This document shows, piece after piece, positions 62,922-64,000 of a stretch of 64,000 nt of DNA (position 1 is its first letter; each line of letters opens with the position of its first letter). A program made the position numbers and the translations under genes. Below the pieces are notes generated by a model. That model made no database searches. It had not been told where the DNA came from and saw only the letters and a list, made by a program, of their open reading frames with translations. This DNA is from the human T2T-CHM13v2.0 reference genome, Homo sapiens. The stretch is from the NCBI RefSeq assembly GCF_009914755.1, contig NC_060932.1, one strand, 5' to 3'.

Positions 62922-64000
62922 AAAAGTAATGTGAGCTTCAAAACCCAGGGCCAAGGTCAGGAAAGGACATCTTTTGTGACTGAAGCCAGTAAGAATCTAC
63001 ACCAAGGTTGAAAAGGAAAAGGCCTACAGGGGCCTGGCAAATCATAAAAATGACGGAATGGAACAGCTGGGAGCCGGAAGAGGGCAGAAAACCCAGTGTT
63101 GCCAGATTCAGATTATTTAAGAAACACAATGAATCTGAATCTTTATACAAAACCTGATTTTTAAATGTTCCAACTTCAGGCCAAACAAAACATATCTCTG
63201 GGTAAAATATGGACTATGGTGCCTGAGTATGCAATCTCTAATCTACACATTATAAACAGAATTGTTTAATCTTCAGGAAATTCTTCCCAATGGAAATTTA
63301 TTCTACCGTATAATCCTAATATTAGATCACAAAGAAACATCAAACTTAAAATATAACCTAGCTCTATAATGGCTTAAAAAATAAAAATAAAATACAACCA
63401 ATGAAACAGCATTGACACAAAAGATTGTCGTCAAAGTGACAAAAGCAAAACAAAGGCTGTGGTGCTTTGGGAGTCTAGAAAGGTTACAGTAATGCAAATG
63501 TCGTCCATCTGCACCGTCCAAGCAAGATAATCTATCTATCTAGTGGACAAGGACAGCCATTGCTAGAATACTGAACTCCACAGAGTGGGGTGGAAGAAGA
63601 TAGCTCATCAGGTTCTGTTGTCTTGAGAAGTACCCTTCAGAAATTCCAACTCCAGACTTGCAAATCACCCTTCAAACTACTATTTGAGGGTAACATCAGA
63701 GCAGGAGGCCTTTGAGAACGAGCACTAACAGAACCACTGCAATCAATCAAGAGGCATCTAGTGCAGACCACCAAAGACCCAGGAAGAAGCCACAGTGGCC
63801 CCCACTTTCTAGCAGCCACAGCCTGAAGGGAAGGGAGTTTTCAAAATACATAGATAAAAGCAAAGCAGTACAAATATTAGAAAACAATGTGGGATAAACA
63901 TATAAAAGATGCCACCTACGTAGTGGCATTTCTCAATGAGTAGAAATCATAAATGCTCTAGATTTGAAAGAGATTACAGGAAGCAGGAGCAGGCTTGAAG

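Overview
Human genomic DNA (Alu-rich, with a human-specific AluYa5) from inside the kinesin-3 gene KIF13B, which is on the minus strand. Eight GT-AG coding exons (exons 3-10 by my recollection of the gene model; 13, 61, 93, 181, 88, 135, 113 and 112 nt, 796 nt total) splice into one open frame covering most of the motor domain: P-loop GQTGSGKS, switch I SSRSH, switch II DLAGSE and the short K-loop. The ORF track misses all of them. Positions 24386-64000 are one long upstream intron. The rest is about 40 Alus, L1/L2/MIR fragments, LTRs, DNA transposons and an old HMGB1 processed pseudogene split by two Alus. I found no previously undescribed biological system. The best leads are the frame-critical 13-nt microexon (displaced pyrimidine tract, downstream RBFOX motif, inverted young Alus around it), several local template-switch duplications, a CTCF motif in MER20 and a one-ended MER85/PGBD3 remnant. 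Repeat family names come from recalled consensus sequences and repeat boundaries are approximate.
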